From the NCBI GenBank assembly GCA_023898525.1, contig CP060227.1, forward strand, positions 85,079-149,078: a DNA stretch of 64,000 bases. Direction: 5' to 3'. The notes below the pieces were generated by a model. That model worked only from the letters and a program-made list of their open reading frames with translations. It did no database searches and had not been told where the DNA came from. Positions 28,281 to 38,281 of this stretch are shown one piece after another; position 1 is the first letter of the stretch, and each line of letters starts with the position of its first letter. Origin of the DNA: Candidatus Nomurabacteria bacterium (GTDB lineage Bacteria; Patescibacteriota; Minisyncoccia; Phycocordibacterales; UBA918). The translations under genes were made by a program, and so were the position numbers.

Positions 28281-29126
28281 ATGTCATACCTAGTATTAGA
28301 CATCGGTGGTAGCAAAACACAAATTGCTGTTTCAGAAAATCTTAGTGACCTAAGGGACATTAAGAGTTTTAAAACACCCAAAAATTTTAAAAAAGGAATT
28401 CAAGACATAATAGAAAACATCAATAGCCTCAAACCGAAAGGAAAGATTAAAGGGGTAGCAATTGGAGTCAGAGGTTTATTGAACGAAGACCGCTCAGGAA
28501 TAGAAAACGATACCATTTTAACTGATTGGGCCAAAAAACCACTGACCGAGACCCTCGAAAAAGAACTTAAAACACCAGTTTTTCTTGAGAACGACACAGC
28601 CTTAGCTGGCCTAGGCGAAGCAGCTAATGGTGCCGGAAAGGGTTTGGACATTGTTGTTTACCACAGTATCAGTACTGGCATCGGTGGGGTAAGGATAGAA
28701 GATGGCGAAATTGACACATCCACTTTTGGTTTTGATCCGGGGCAACAGATCCTTGATATTGACCGAACAATTCTTGGCGAAGATATCACACCAACCCTTG
28801 ATAACTTAGTCTCTGGATTAGGCGTAGAAACCAGGCTAGGAACTAAGCCATACGATATTCCACAGACTGACATGATCTGGAACGAATTAGCAGAATATTT
28901 GGCTCACGGCTTACGCAACACAATTCTATATTGGTCACCAGACGTAATCATCCTGGGCGGAGCAATGATTCTAGGAGAACCAAAGATTCAACTTGATGCT
29001 ATTAGAAAATACACCGTAGATGTCTTGGAAGGTTTTGTTCCATCTCCATTTATAACCACTTCTTCACTGGGAGACCAAGCCGGTCTGCACGGAGGAATGG
29101 TTTTACTTAAGAAATCCGGAATATAG
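28281..29126 (+). CDS. ROK-family sugar kinase (glucokinase-like).
   Basis: LVLDIGGSKTQ; ENDTALAGLGEA; TGIGGVRI. Confidence 0.6.
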   Translation: MSYLVLDIGGSKTQIAVSENLSDLRDIKSFKTPKNFKKGIQDIIENINSLKPKGKIKGVAIGVRGLLNEDRSGIENDTILTDWAKKPLTETLEKELKTPVFLENDTALAGLGEAANGAGKGLDIVVYHSISTGIGGVRIEDGEIDTSTFGFDPGQQILDIDRTILGEDITPTLDNLVSGLGVETRLGTKPYDIPQTDMIWNELAEYLAHGLRNTILYWSPDVIILGGAMILGEPKIQLDAIRKYTVDVLEGFVPSPFITTSSLGDQAGLHGGMVLLKKSGI

Positions 29127-29186
29127 ACCTGTAAAATAAGGCTTTTTTATAACCAAAATACGGCTGATTTGTAGTATCTAGGCCAA

Positions 29187-29215
29187 TATTATTGACTGGA
29201 TGTCTTTTTTGTGCT
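29187..29215 (+). promoter_or_regulatory. Consensus sigma70-type promoter (TTGACT-17-TATAAT) upstream of the 29313 gene. A palindrome ATCAGCTTTATTGCTGAT follows.
   Basis: TTGACTGGATGTCTTTTTTGTGCTATAAT read directly. Confidence 0.5.
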
Positions 29216-29312
29216 ATAATATAAAAAATCTGCAGATTGTGATAGAATTTTGCAGTTATCAGCTTTATTGCTGATATTTGTTAGATAAGACAACTGGCTT
29301 ATTATATCGACC

Positions 29313-29762
29313 GTGATACTTGCGGTTTTGACAGTAACCTCATTCCAAACAGTACTTCCAACCGGAATTGCTTATGGACAGATTGACGGGGATCAGATCG
29401 TAGAAGAAAACAGGCAACAAGATATACCAGTTTCCGAATCTTCTATAACCGATACCGAACTTATTGTTCGTTCGTATTTTAAAGACGATCCAGTCATGAT
29501 TCAGATTGCACGATGTGAATCAGGTTTTCGTCATACTCTTACAGACGGTTCTGTTTTACAAGGTAGGGTTGACCCGGCAGACACAGGTGTTATGCAGATC
29601 AACAAACGTTACCACGAAAAAACAGCCGCTTCTATGCAACTAGATCTTGATAATATTTATGACAACATGGCGTACGCTCAGTATCTATACGATACACAGG
29701 GTACCAGACCATGGAGCGCTTCAGCTCCTTGTTGGAACGGTCATGTAGCAATGAATATCTAA
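29313..29762 (+). CDS. Small secreted lysozyme-like / lytic transglycosylase (SLT)-like protein.
   Basis: Signal peptide; ARCESGF...GVMQIN...Y resembles the SLT catalytic Glu-Ser and GLMQ motifs. Confidence 0.45.
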   Translation: MILAVLTVTSFQTVLPTGIAYGQIDGDQIVEENRQQDIPVSESSITDTELIVRSYFKDDPVMIQIARCESGFRHTLTDGSVLQGRVDPADTGVMQINKRYHEKTAASMQLDLDNIYDNMAYAQYLYDTQGTRPWSASAPCWNGHVAMNI

Positions 29763-29804
29763 AGACACAAATAAACGGCGCTTTCGCGCCGTTTATTTGT
29801 GTCT
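29763..29804 (+). terminator. Rho-independent terminator.
   Basis: AGACACAAATAAACGGCGC-TTTC-GCGCCGTTTATTTGTGTCT is a perfect 19-bp stem. Confidence 0.75.
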
Positions 29805-29829
29805 ATGGTACCATTAACTCTAAAATAAT

Positions 29830-30285
29830 ATGAGATACTGGCTAATGAAAAGCGAACCTAGTGAATATTCAATTGATGACCTAGCGAAAGCTAAGGAGGG
29901 ATTTTGGGATGGTGTACGAAATTACCAGGTAAGAAATATGTTCAGAGACGATATGAAGATTGGGGACAGAGCGTTGTTTTATCATTCAAATACTAAAGAT
30001 ATTGGCGTGGTAGGGGAGATGGAGGTGGTAAAAAGCGCTATCCCAGACCCAACTCAATTTGATAAAAAAAATAAACACTATGATCCAAAGTCAGCTATAG
30101 ACAACCCACGTTGGCTTGGACCAACTGTAAAATTTATTTCAAAATTTAGCAAAATTGTTACCTTAAATGAGATTAAGAAAAACAAGACTTTCGCTGATTT
30201 ACCACTAGTTAAAAAAGGGAACAGGTTATCTGTTATCTCTATTTCTAAAAAGCACTATGAAACATTAGTGAAAATGGGGCGATAA
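29830..30285 (+). CDS. EVE (PUA-like) domain protein.
   Basis: MRYWLMKSEPSEYSIDDL...GDRALFYHSN. Confidence 0.8.
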   Translation: MRYWLMKSEPSEYSIDDLAKAKEGFWDGVRNYQVRNMFRDDMKIGDRALFYHSNTKDIGVVGEMEVVKSAIPDPTQFDKKNKHYDPKSAIDNPRWLGPTVKFISKFSKIVTLNEIKKNKTFADLPLVKKGNRLSVISISKKHYETLVKMGR

Positions 30286-30294
30286 ATATAAAGT

Positions 30295-31071
30295 ATGAAA
30301 ATTGGCTTTTTTGATTCGGGACTTGGAGGACTTACTATACTAAAAGCGGTAGCTACAGAACTACCTGAGTATGACTACGAATATTATGGTGACACGGCCA
30401 ATCTACCGTACGGAGATAAAACTGAAGAGGAAATTTTTATCTTAACCAAACAGGGTATTGAACACCTATTTAAAAAAGAGTGCTTACTGGTGATCGTAGC
30501 TTGCAATACCGCATCGGCCGAAACCTTACGAAAACTACAAACAGAATATCTGCCACATACTCATCCAGACAAAAAGGTTCTGGGTGTAATTATCCCAACA
30601 ATCGAAGAATTACTTGAAGAGTCTGTTACACACACTATATTGATCGGTACCAACCGAACCATCGAATCAAAAAAATACGAAAGTGAGATAAAAAAGCATA
30701 AAGAGGAACTTAAGGTAACTGCTATCAAAACTCCGGAACTAGTTCCGCTTATAGAAGGACGCCAATACGAAGACGCGCTATGCGTGGTATCAAAAATAAT
30801 TGATGAAAGAAAAGGGGAACAGGGTATAATCCTTGGCTGCACACACTACACAATCCTGAAAGAAAAGCTGGAGGAAAAATACACTGGCTCGGACTTTAAA
30901 ATATTTTCACAAGATTTAATCATCCCAAGTAAACTAAAAAAATATCTTGAGAATCATCCTGAGATCGAAACAAAACTTAGCAAGAATTACAGACGAAATA
31001 TTTATCTAACAGATAACAGTAATCAATACGATGAGTTAATTGAGACGATACTTAATGGCCACCTTATTTAG
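30295..31071 (+). CDS. murI: Glutamate racemase.
   Basis: FDSGLGGLTILKAV; ACNTASA; LGCTHYTIL. Confidence 0.85.
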   Translation: MKIGFFDSGLGGLTILKAVATELPEYDYEYYGDTANLPYGDKTEEEIFILTKQGIEHLFKKECLLVIVACNTASAETLRKLQTEYLPHTHPDKKVLGVIIPTIEELLEESVTHTILIGTNRTIESKKYESEIKKHKEELKVTAIKTPELVPLIEGRQYEDALCVVSKIIDERKGEQGIILGCTHYTILKEKLEEKYTGSDFKIFSQDLIIPSKLKKYLENHPEIETKLSKNYRRNIYLTDNSNQYDELIETILNGHLI

Positions 31072-31519
31072 AATAGGAGGGAGAAGTGGTGTATATAAAT
31101 ACGTATTTCCGTATGTCGCACCACAAGGGCACTCCTATTTAAATAGTCGCTAACGCTCCTTTTAAATATGTCGCACAATATATCTTTTGCGACATAATAA
31201 AGTATTTAAATGGTGGTATTAGCTTCCGTATTACTACTTCTATATCTACATAGATTTGTACCACTACACATATACAATAAAGTCCCATGGTTTCTATATC
31301 CTGTATCTAACTTATACTATTATCTTAAATAATTACTTTTATACTCAATTTTTTATACGTACTTAATTAACTTACTTACAAACAAAGCGTAATTTTTCTC
31401 CCTTTTTCCCTAAAATTTGGTCCAAATCTCATTTAAGCCTTATATATAAACGTATATTGCTACAAAGCCCAAAATTGCGTTCTAAGCGCTTTTATTCGCA
31501 GAGATGACATAAGGATCAT

Positions 31520-32104
31520 CTATGAATTAGGTTCAATAGTATAAAGACTTACAAAATTGAATATAAAAAAATCCGCTCTCCATTTTATGGTTAACTGATT
31601 TTTAATTTCCTGAACTTTTCTTTTATATCCCCCCTTGTCTACACCATAACAGTCACATAAAAGCTCTTCAATTTTTTTAAGCGTTTGAATATATGCTTGT
31701 GACTTTACCACAGAAGTCAGCGGCAACATCGCTTGTGCAAGTGCTGCAGTCACATGATTCATATAGATATCACCAAGATCTGAAATGAATATCGTAACTA
31801 AACCACCCTCGTAATCTATCACATGATTGAAAATATCCTCATTTCTTTGTTCTGAGTGCGGGATAATATATATCGAGTAGGTTGGCTGCAATGTTAATTT
31901 GGGTTTAGGAATAAACAAATAAATCAATACACTTATTGTTACCCCTAAGAACAAAAAAACCACGACGAGCCAATTGGCAACCTGTGCATCAATTAACTTT
32001 TCGTCCATAATATAATGCAGGGCTATAACCGCTAGAAAAATTGCGACGAGTACCAATAGTAAGAAGTTGACTGCAATTTTATATGTGTCAATTTTCGTTT
32101 TCAC
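31520..32104 (-). CDS. Hypothetical membrane protein (GTG start).
   Basis: Two N-terminal TM helices; preceded by the duplicated promoter/RBS module. Confidence 0.5.
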   Translation of the reverse strand: MKTKIDTYKIAVNFLLLVLVAIFLAVIALHYIMDEKLIDAQVANWLVVVFLFLGVTISVLIYLFIPKPKLTLQPTYSIYIIPHSEQRNEDIFNHVIDYEGGLVTIFISDLGDIYMNHVTAALAQAMLPLTSVVKSQAYIQTLKKIEELLCDCYGVDKGGYKRKVQEIKNQLTIKWRADFFIFNFVSLYTIEPNS

Positions 32105-32109
32105 GCTTC

Positions 32110-32170
32110 CCTCCTATTAAGTGATGTGAAAAGTGCTTTATTTATAACATTATTTTGGTGGTTTGTAAAT
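32110..32170 (-). promoter_or_regulatory. Copy 1 of a duplicated ~60-70-bp promoter/RBS module (TTTACA-17-TATAAA plus AGGAGGGAAG and a GTGAAAA start).
   Basis: Minus strand TTTACAAACCACCAAAATAATGTTATAAATAAAGCACTTTTCACA. Near-identical to 33120..33180. Confidence 0.6.
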
Positions 32171-32250
32171 AGTTCTAGATAAATATAAAAAACCCATTAG
32201 ATCAATTTTTGTAAATCAATCTAATGGGAAGTAGCGCACAAACACAGATG

Positions 32251-32649
32251 CTAACGTGACATATCAGTGATTAAAGAAGGTTCAACCCAGGCCTCATAGT
32301 AGACATAAATCATTTTTTTGAGACCTCTTTCCTCGACAAACCTTAACTTTACAGGTGTTCCTATTGGTAAATTTACTTCTTCAGGTACACCTCTAACATA
32401 TGCCGCAAATATTGTTTGACTGTTCGTCTTGTTGGTGTCTTTAGAGTCAAATGACCTGTCGTCAACATTCAGGCTTTTTACCCCGACTATCAACATCCCA
32501 TCGGTTACTTGAGTCAAGGTCTTGAACTCGGCATCAATATCGACACGCTTGGTAAGTGGACCAGTTTCAGAGATGACTCTTGCAAAAAGTAACACGAGTA
32601 AAAGTACAGCAGTCCCTATTAACACGCTAAAAAATGTACTGGCTTTCAC
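32251..32649 (-). CDS. Hypothetical membrane-anchored protein.
   Basis: N-terminal TM; overlaps the upstream gene by 4 nt. Confidence 0.5.
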   Translation of the reverse strand: MKASTFFSVLIGTAVLLLVLLFARVISETGPLTKRVDIDAEFKTLTQVTDGMLIVGVKSLNVDDRSFDSKDTNKTNSQTIFAAYVRGVPEEVNLPIGTPVKLRFVEERGLKKMIYVYYEAWVEPSLITDMSR

Positions 32650-33107
32650 TTTTCATTCTCCTTTGGTTTTATGTGTTTAATATAATAATCATAATTGACC
32701 ATCATTTGTTTACACAAGAATCGCTCAATCTCTGCAACACGCTGTTCACGGTCTTCACGAAAACATTCGTTGTCATGATTATGGTTCACTCTTTCAATTA
32801 ACTCTGTGATAGACTGAACAAATTGAACTTCTTCGCTATCATTCTTAGGTACATATATAACCGCCTCCCCTGCATATTTACATTCATAGGTAGCTTTACC
32901 TACATCTTCACTGGTTCGTATTTGAAGTAGCGACTTACTTTCTAGCCACCTATCATCCTTAAGAAAAAACCAAAATCCAATAACAGATCCACCTAATACT
33001 GCAGATAGGAGTAGGATAATAAAATCGCTCGCATCTGTATTGATGCCCAAATATAATATTACACTTACCAACAAACCGGTTAACGTTATCAAAGTACTTT
33101 TTTTCAC
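32646..33107 (-). CDS. Hypothetical membrane protein (GTG start).
   Basis: Two TM helices; preceded by copy 2 of the promoter module. Confidence 0.5.
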   Translation of the reverse strand: MKKSTLITLTGLLVSVILYLGINTDASDFIILLLSAVLGGSVIGFWFFLKDDRWLESKSLLQIRTSEDVGKATYECKYAGEAVIYVPKNDSEEVQFVQSITELIERVNHNHDNECFREDREQRVAEIERFLCKQMMVNYDYYIKHIKPKENEK

Positions 33108-33119
33108 TTTCCTTCCCTC

Positions 33120-33180
33120 CTCTTTGAATGGTTGTGAAAAGTGCTTTATTTATAACATTATTTTGGTGGGTTGTAAAGCC
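33120..33180 (-). promoter_or_regulatory. Copy 2 of the duplicated promoter/RBS module.
   Basis: TTTACAACCCACCAAAATAATGTTATAAATAAAGCACTTTTCACAACC...GAGGAGGGAAGGAAAGTG. Confidence 0.6.
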
Positions 33181-33193
33181 GCCGTTACTTTTA

Positions 33194-34507
33194 CTACTGC
33201 GGTGGTAGGTACAAAACTGGGTCCAGATAAGCATCAGAGGCAGCGACCGGTGTAGAAGCTGGTCCACAGCTAGTTACTGTCTTGATCTCGTTGAACTTAC
33301 GTACACTTACACCATCCTTGGCGTATACAGTGAAATGAAGGTGTGGGCCGGTTGAGAAGCCGGTATTACCAGTGTAGCCAATAATGTCTCCGGTTGTTAC
33401 TTTTTGGCCCGGTGAGACACTCTGTACATCCTGATGAGCATAAAGTGTAGACAGACCGTTGGCGTGGTCTATTAGTGTCCATTTACCCCACGAATAACAA
33501 CCGGGGACGATGTCAGTGTTACCAGTCGCGCGCACTGTACCAGAAAGCGGTGCGTAGATAGCGGTCCCTCGTGGTGCGCTAAGGTCGATACCGGGGTGGT
33601 AAGCTCGACCACCATAGATACCAGGGTTACGCTTGGCAAACTCAGACCCGCCGAAGTATTGAGTAATGATGATATTTTTTAACGGCCAAGCAAACACTGC
33701 CGTACCCGGTGTTGGCACACTGTTTGGATCTAGGAAGAATTTAAGCTTGGTTTCGTAGTCACGAATCTCTTTTACGATCTGTTCCCTCGCCTGCTGCTTT
33801 TCTGCTAACAGCTGCTGGTAATTTTTTTCTTCATTTTTGGTAACCTCCAACAAATCAGCCTGCTCGGCTTGGTTGTTGGTCAATACTACATTTTGATCCT
33901 TATATTGGGAGTGTAGGGACTTAAGATCATTGCGTTTTTGGGTACTCTCCTCTCTTTTTTCGTCAAGCAATTTATGTAACGAGACTAACTCTTCCACCTT
34001 TATTGCCATACTGTTTTGCACCGACTTATGAGCCTCGAGTGAATTCCAAAATTCTGAAAATTTCTTATTTCTAAGTAAGAGTTCAACTAGAGTAAGGTCT
34101 TCGGTTTTGTATTGAGCCCGAATAATCTCCGCTATCGCTTCTTTGTTAGTATCTATATCCTTCTCAGTTTTACTAATTTCTAAAATAAGCTTGTTTATTT
34201 CTAAATCCGTAGAGCTTATGAGTGTCTCGGTACGTGAAATTTCTGCTTGTACTTTCTTGCGTTCCAAAGTTAACTGATTGATAGCTTTCTGAAGACTTTG
34301 CTTCTCTGCCCCCACCTCCATAAGCTGCAACTCAAATTTGGCAATTTCTTTTTCTATATCCGCCAAGCGCGATCCTCTATCTTGAATATCCTGTTTTAAT
34401 TTTTCCAGCTCGGAAGTCTGAGCGTGAACAAGCGGTAAAGAAAACCAAAAAAGCGGGGCTAAAAATAGACCAAATAAAAAAGCGGTTACTGTTTTTTGTA
34501 ACTTCAC
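33194..34507 (-). CDS. M23 family metallopeptidase with an N-terminal coiled coil (EnvC-like).
   Basis: HPGIDLSAPRGTAIYAP and GNTGFSTGPHLHF. Confidence 0.8.
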   Translation of the reverse strand: MKLQKTVTAFLFGLFLAPLFWFSLPLVHAQTSELEKLKQDIQDRGSRLADIEKEIAKFELQLMEVGAEKQSLQKAINQLTLERKKVQAEISRTETLISSTDLEINKLILEISKTEKDIDTNKEAIAEIIRAQYKTEDLTLVELLLRNKKFSEFWNSLEAHKSVQNSMAIKVEELVSLHKLLDEKREESTQKRNDLKSLHSQYKDQNVVLTNNQAEQADLLEVTKNEEKNYQQLLAEKQQAREQIVKEIRDYETKLKFFLDPNSVPTPGTAVFAWPLKNIIITQYFGGSEFAKRNPGIYGGRAYHPGIDLSAPRGTAIYAPLSGTVRATGNTDIVPGCYSWGKWTLIDHANGLSTLYAHQDVQSVSPGQKVTTGDIIGYTGNTGFSTGPHLHFTVYAKDGVSVRKFNEIKTVTSCGPASTPVAASDAYLDPVLYLPPQ

Positions 34508-35976
34508 CGCTTTATTTTATCACAAGCGACAGAGATTCTCTTTAGAGTTTCTTCACGACCGATTATATAGGCAATAGTAAAAGGGTCTGGCGACCTCTCT
34601 CGGCCCGATAAGGCGACTCTAAGCGGCCAAAGTAACTCTCCCCTACCAACCTCTTCTGCATAGTCCCAAAGATCATTTTTAACGCTATCTGGCGTCGAAA
34701 AATCGGCTTCCTTGAGCAAATTTAGAGCTTTTTGAAGTCTCGGCAGAGCCTCTATTACATCATTATCCTTTTTCCATTTCAAGATATCAGTCTCGTACGC
34801 TGGAGTTACAAAAGCAAAATCATACTCCCCCGCTTTTGCTGCTTCACTAATCTCAGCGGCTATATGAGCCCTTTCCATTATAGTCGGAACCAGTTTCTTT
34901 AAAATGTCTTCCGAGTAACCTGCCATTACTTTAAGTTCATCAGGTAGAGCCTTACTAACGTAAGCATATACTTCATCATCACTCAGTTTAGCTAGGTGCT
35001 GCTTGTTCATCCAAAGCAACTTCTCTTCATTAAAGACAGCGCCGGCTTTTTGAATCTTTGTAACATCAAACGCAGCCACCAGATCATCAAACGTGAAGAC
35101 CTCCTGTTCAGTTCCTGGATTCCAGCCGGTAAGCGCTAAGAAATTCACCATTGTTTCTGGCAAAAAACCTTCATCTCGATATTCAAAAATATCCTTCGCC
35201 CCATCTCGCTTGCCCAGCTTTTTGGTTCTATCATCTCTGAGTATCGGTGGCAGAGTGACAAAGACTGGGTACGGTATCTCCAAAGCATCGTAGATGCTTA
35301 AAAACTTTGGTGTACTGGCAATAAACTCATCCGCCCGCATGATGTGAGTAACACCCATCTCGAAATCGTCAACTATGTGTGCAAAGTTGTAAGTAGGATA
35401 CCCATCACTTTTAATAAGGACAATATCATCCAACATTTCCTCCCCCGCCGACAATTCACCTCGGACAGCATCTTGCCAGGTGTAGCGTTTTAGTTCCGGT
35501 ACCTTTAAGCGAAGTGGCTTTGTTTTATCCCAAGCCGGCAAGACGTCTGGTCTATGATTTCTAAATAAAAAAGGTTTTTTGGCTTCTTTAGCCTGAGTCT
35601 TAAAAGCTTCGATTTCTTCCGCGGTGTAGGGATCCTGGTAAGCTAATCCCCTATCAACCAGTTTTTTGGCGTAGCGGTGGTAGACATCTAGTCTTTCGGA
35701 CTGTATGCACGAACCAAATGGCCCTGGTTTGTCTGGTCCATAATCCCATTCAATATTGAGCCAAGTAAGAGTCTCTTTAATATGACTTATGGAATCAGCC
35801 ACCTCGCGCTTCTTGTCGGTATCTTCAATCCTGAGAATAAAAGTTCCATTATGCTTTTTGGCAAATAAATAGGAAAAAAGAGCCGTACGAGCGCTACCAA
35901 TATGCATAAAGCCCGTTGGAGACGGGGCAAAACGCGTAACTATTTTGTGGTTGTCAGTTTTAGGATCCGTGTTCAT
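34504..35976 (-). CDS. gltX: Glutamate--tRNA ligase.
   Basis: FAPSPTGFMHIGSARTALF...RIEDTD. Confidence 0.9.
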   Translation of the reverse strand: MNTDPKTDNHKIVTRFAPSPTGFMHIGSARTALFSYLFAKKHNGTFILRIEDTDKKREVADSISHIKETLTWLNIEWDYGPDKPGPFGSCIQSERLDVYHRYAKKLVDRGLAYQDPYTAEEIEAFKTQAKEAKKPFLFRNHRPDVLPAWDKTKPLRLKVPELKRYTWQDAVRGELSAGEEMLDDIVLIKSDGYPTYNFAHIVDDFEMGVTHIMRADEFIASTPKFLSIYDALEIPYPVFVTLPPILRDDRTKKLGKRDGAKDIFEYRDEGFLPETMVNFLALTGWNPGTEQEVFTFDDLVAAFDVTKIQKAGAVFNEEKLLWMNKQHLAKLSDDEVYAYVSKALPDELKVMAGYSEDILKKLVPTIMERAHIAAEISEAAKAGEYDFAFVTPAYETDILKWKKDNDVIEALPRLQKALNLLKEADFSTPDSVKNDLWDYAEEVGRGELLWPLRVALSGRERSPDPFTIAYIIGREETLKRISVACDKIKR

Positions 35977-37072
35977 CTCCGATTTTTATTAGGATATCTG
36001 ATATTTTTTCAGCAGCGTTTGGTATTGCAAAATTAGAAGCCGCTTGACTCATCTTATTCCACTGCTCTTGATTCTCCATAATAGAGCCAATTTCATTTAG
36101 AAGCAAGGTCTCGGTTATATTGTGCTCTTCAATTACCGTAGCGGCACCAGAACGGGCGTAAGCATAGGCATTGCTACGCTGATCACGACTAATGTCTTCA
36201 GGGATTGGGATAACAATACTCGGCTTACCATGAAGCGCAATTTCAAATAAAGTTGTACTTCCGGCCCTAGTTATGATAACAGAAGCTACACTCATGATAG
36301 CTCCGACCATTTCTGAAGAAATGTGACCAACAGAATAGTAACGTTCTTGAAGAACAGGGTCAGTAATAAGCGCCTTGGCTGTAACCAAAAGCTCGTCTTG
36401 ATTGCGGGCACCGGTCTGATGAAAAACTCGATACTTAGGTAATAACTCATCCAACACACGTAGGATTACATTATTAATACGTTCTGAACCTAGTGAACCA
36501 CCGGTCACATAAATAATTGGGAGATCACTTGGAATATTAAGAAGTGTATACGGATCAGCTGTATTGGTTAGAGTACTGGTTCGTACCGGGATGCCGACCA
36601 GCGCAGTTTTTTCCTTCGGAAAAAACTGCGCTGCTTCAGGATAAGAAACCGCAATATATTCAGCAAAGTTACGTACCAACTTATTGGCTCGACCCGGAAC
36701 AGCATCTGATTCATGTATAACCACCGGTATCCTAAGGAACCAAGCTGCTAATGTAACAGGTACGCTAGTGAACCCCCCTTTACTAAAAATTACATCAGGG
36801 TAAATCAAAAACAACTTCCAGATAGCTACGAATATACCAAAAAAAGTTCTAAAAGGATCAAGGAAATTATTGACTGAAAAATATAACCTTAGTTTACCAG
36901 CCGGACACTTTACGTACCTAATGTTAAGCCGCTCCAGAGCCTCACTATCGTAAGGATCAGGACCAATATAATACAAATCAGGTTTTTTGGGAGAATTATT
37001 CAAAACCTCAGCGATTGCAATAAGTGGATTAAAGTGCCCACCAGATCCACCACCTACAAACATTATTCTCAT
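35960..37072 (-). CDS. murG: UDP-N-acetylglucosamine--N-acetylmuramyl-(pentapeptide) pyrophosphoryl-undecaprenol GlcNAc transferase.
   Basis: FVGGGSGGHFNPLIAIAE plus a C-terminal Glyco_tran_28 region. Confidence 0.85.
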   Translation of the reverse strand: MRIMFVGGGSGGHFNPLIAIAEVLNNSPKKPDLYYIGPDPYDSEALERLNIRYVKCPAGKLRLYFSVNNFLDPFRTFFGIFVAIWKLFLIYPDVIFSKGGFTSVPVTLAAWFLRIPVVIHESDAVPGRANKLVRNFAEYIAVSYPEAAQFFPKEKTALVGIPVRTSTLTNTADPYTLLNIPSDLPIIYVTGGSLGSERINNVILRVLDELLPKYRVFHQTGARNQDELLVTAKALITDPVLQERYYSVGHISSEMVGAIMSVASVIITRAGSTTLFEIALHGKPSIVIPIPEDISRDQRSNAYAYARSGAATVIEEHNITETLLLNEIGSIMENQEQWNKMSQAASNFAIPNAAEKISDILIKIGDEHGS

Positions 37073-37087
37073 ATGTAGATTAGTTTA

Positions 37088-38206
37088 TCATACCCGTGAT
37101 TTACTGATGCGGTACTTTGACACATTTAACACAATACCCAAAACCGCCAAAGTAACGAGCATAGCCGTCCCACCATGACTAATAAGTGGTAAAGGCAACC
37201 CAGCCAGTGGAAACAAACCAATCATGGCAGCGATATTTAAAAAAGCCTGACTCACAATCAAAGTCATAAAACCAACCACCAGTAACACGCCAAACAAATC
37301 ATTGGTTTGGGTGGCGATTTTAAAGCCTCGAAAAGTGAACAAAGCTAAAATGGATATTAGGAGTAAAGAGCCGATAAAACCAAACTCTTCAGCGTACACA
37401 GCGAAAATAGAATCTCCAATTGGTTCGGGCAAATACTCAAACTTCTGGATACTTTGACCGTAACCACGCCCTGTTACCTCTCCTGAACCAACCGCAATCA
37501 AGGACTGCTGAATCTGGTAGCCACTACCTAAAGGATCAGCTTCAGGATGCAGAAAAACGGTTAGGCGGTCAATCAAATACGGGCGCATTGAAACCACAAT
37601 GGTGATCAAAATCAATCCCCCCAACGCCATCACTCCAATATGTTTCCAATTAGCCCCAGCCGTCAAAAACATCGCCATGCCTGATAGTGCCATCAAAAAG
37701 AAAGTGTCTGTGTCTGGGAGTGATAACATTACCAAACCAACTATACCCACAGCTGCCACAAATGGCAGCACTCCATAGCGCCAGGAATCTATCTGTTTAT
37801 GAAGACCAGATAATAGAGTAGCCACGTAAATCACAAACCCAACCTTAAGAAACTCCGACGGTTGGACAGTTGTAATACCAAGGTCAAGCCAACGAGTCGC
37901 TCCACCATGCGACATACCTATACCGGGAATAAAAACCGCTAAGGTAAAAAGTATGCTGGCCACAAAAATATAAAAAGCGTATTTTCGCCAGTGTCGATAA
38001 TATATATGACTAGTGATAAGTAGTGCCAATCCCCCACCAACAATACCAAAGAAGAATTGGCTAAATGCAACTGACCCAAAACTAGCACCATTTCGTGCCA
38101 AAAGACCTAGGGAGGCTGAGGTAAAAATAAAAAAGCCCAACACTACCAAAACACCAATCAGAATTAACAGAATCGGATCAACTGTCTTTGGTGAGGAATT
38201 TTTCAT
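37088..38206 (-). CDS. ftsW: SEDS-family peptidoglycan glycosyltransferase FtsW/RodA.
   Basis: Ten TM helices with SEDS-conserved blocks. Confidence 0.8.
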   Translation of the reverse strand: MKNSSPKTVDPILLILIGVLVVLGFFIFTSASLGLLARNGASFGSVAFSQFFFGIVGGGLALLITSHIYYRHWRKYAFYIFVASILFTLAVFIPGIGMSHGGATRWLDLGITTVQPSEFLKVGFVIYVATLLSGLHKQIDSWRYGVLPFVAAVGIVGLVMLSLPDTDTFFLMALSGMAMFLTAGANWKHIGVMALGGLILITIVVSMRPYLIDRLTVFLHPEADPLGSGYQIQQSLIAVGSGEVTGRGYGQSIQKFEYLPEPIGDSIFAVYAEEFGFIGSLLLISILALFTFRGFKIATQTNDLFGVLLVVGFMTLIVSQAFLNIAAMIGLFPLAGLPLPLISHGGTAMLVTLAVLGIVLNVSKYRISKSRV

Positions 38207-38281
38207 TGACGTTTATTATAAAACACTTAGAACCTCAATCAAATAAAAATTTTCGAATAAATCTAGTGATCAAAAAATAAA

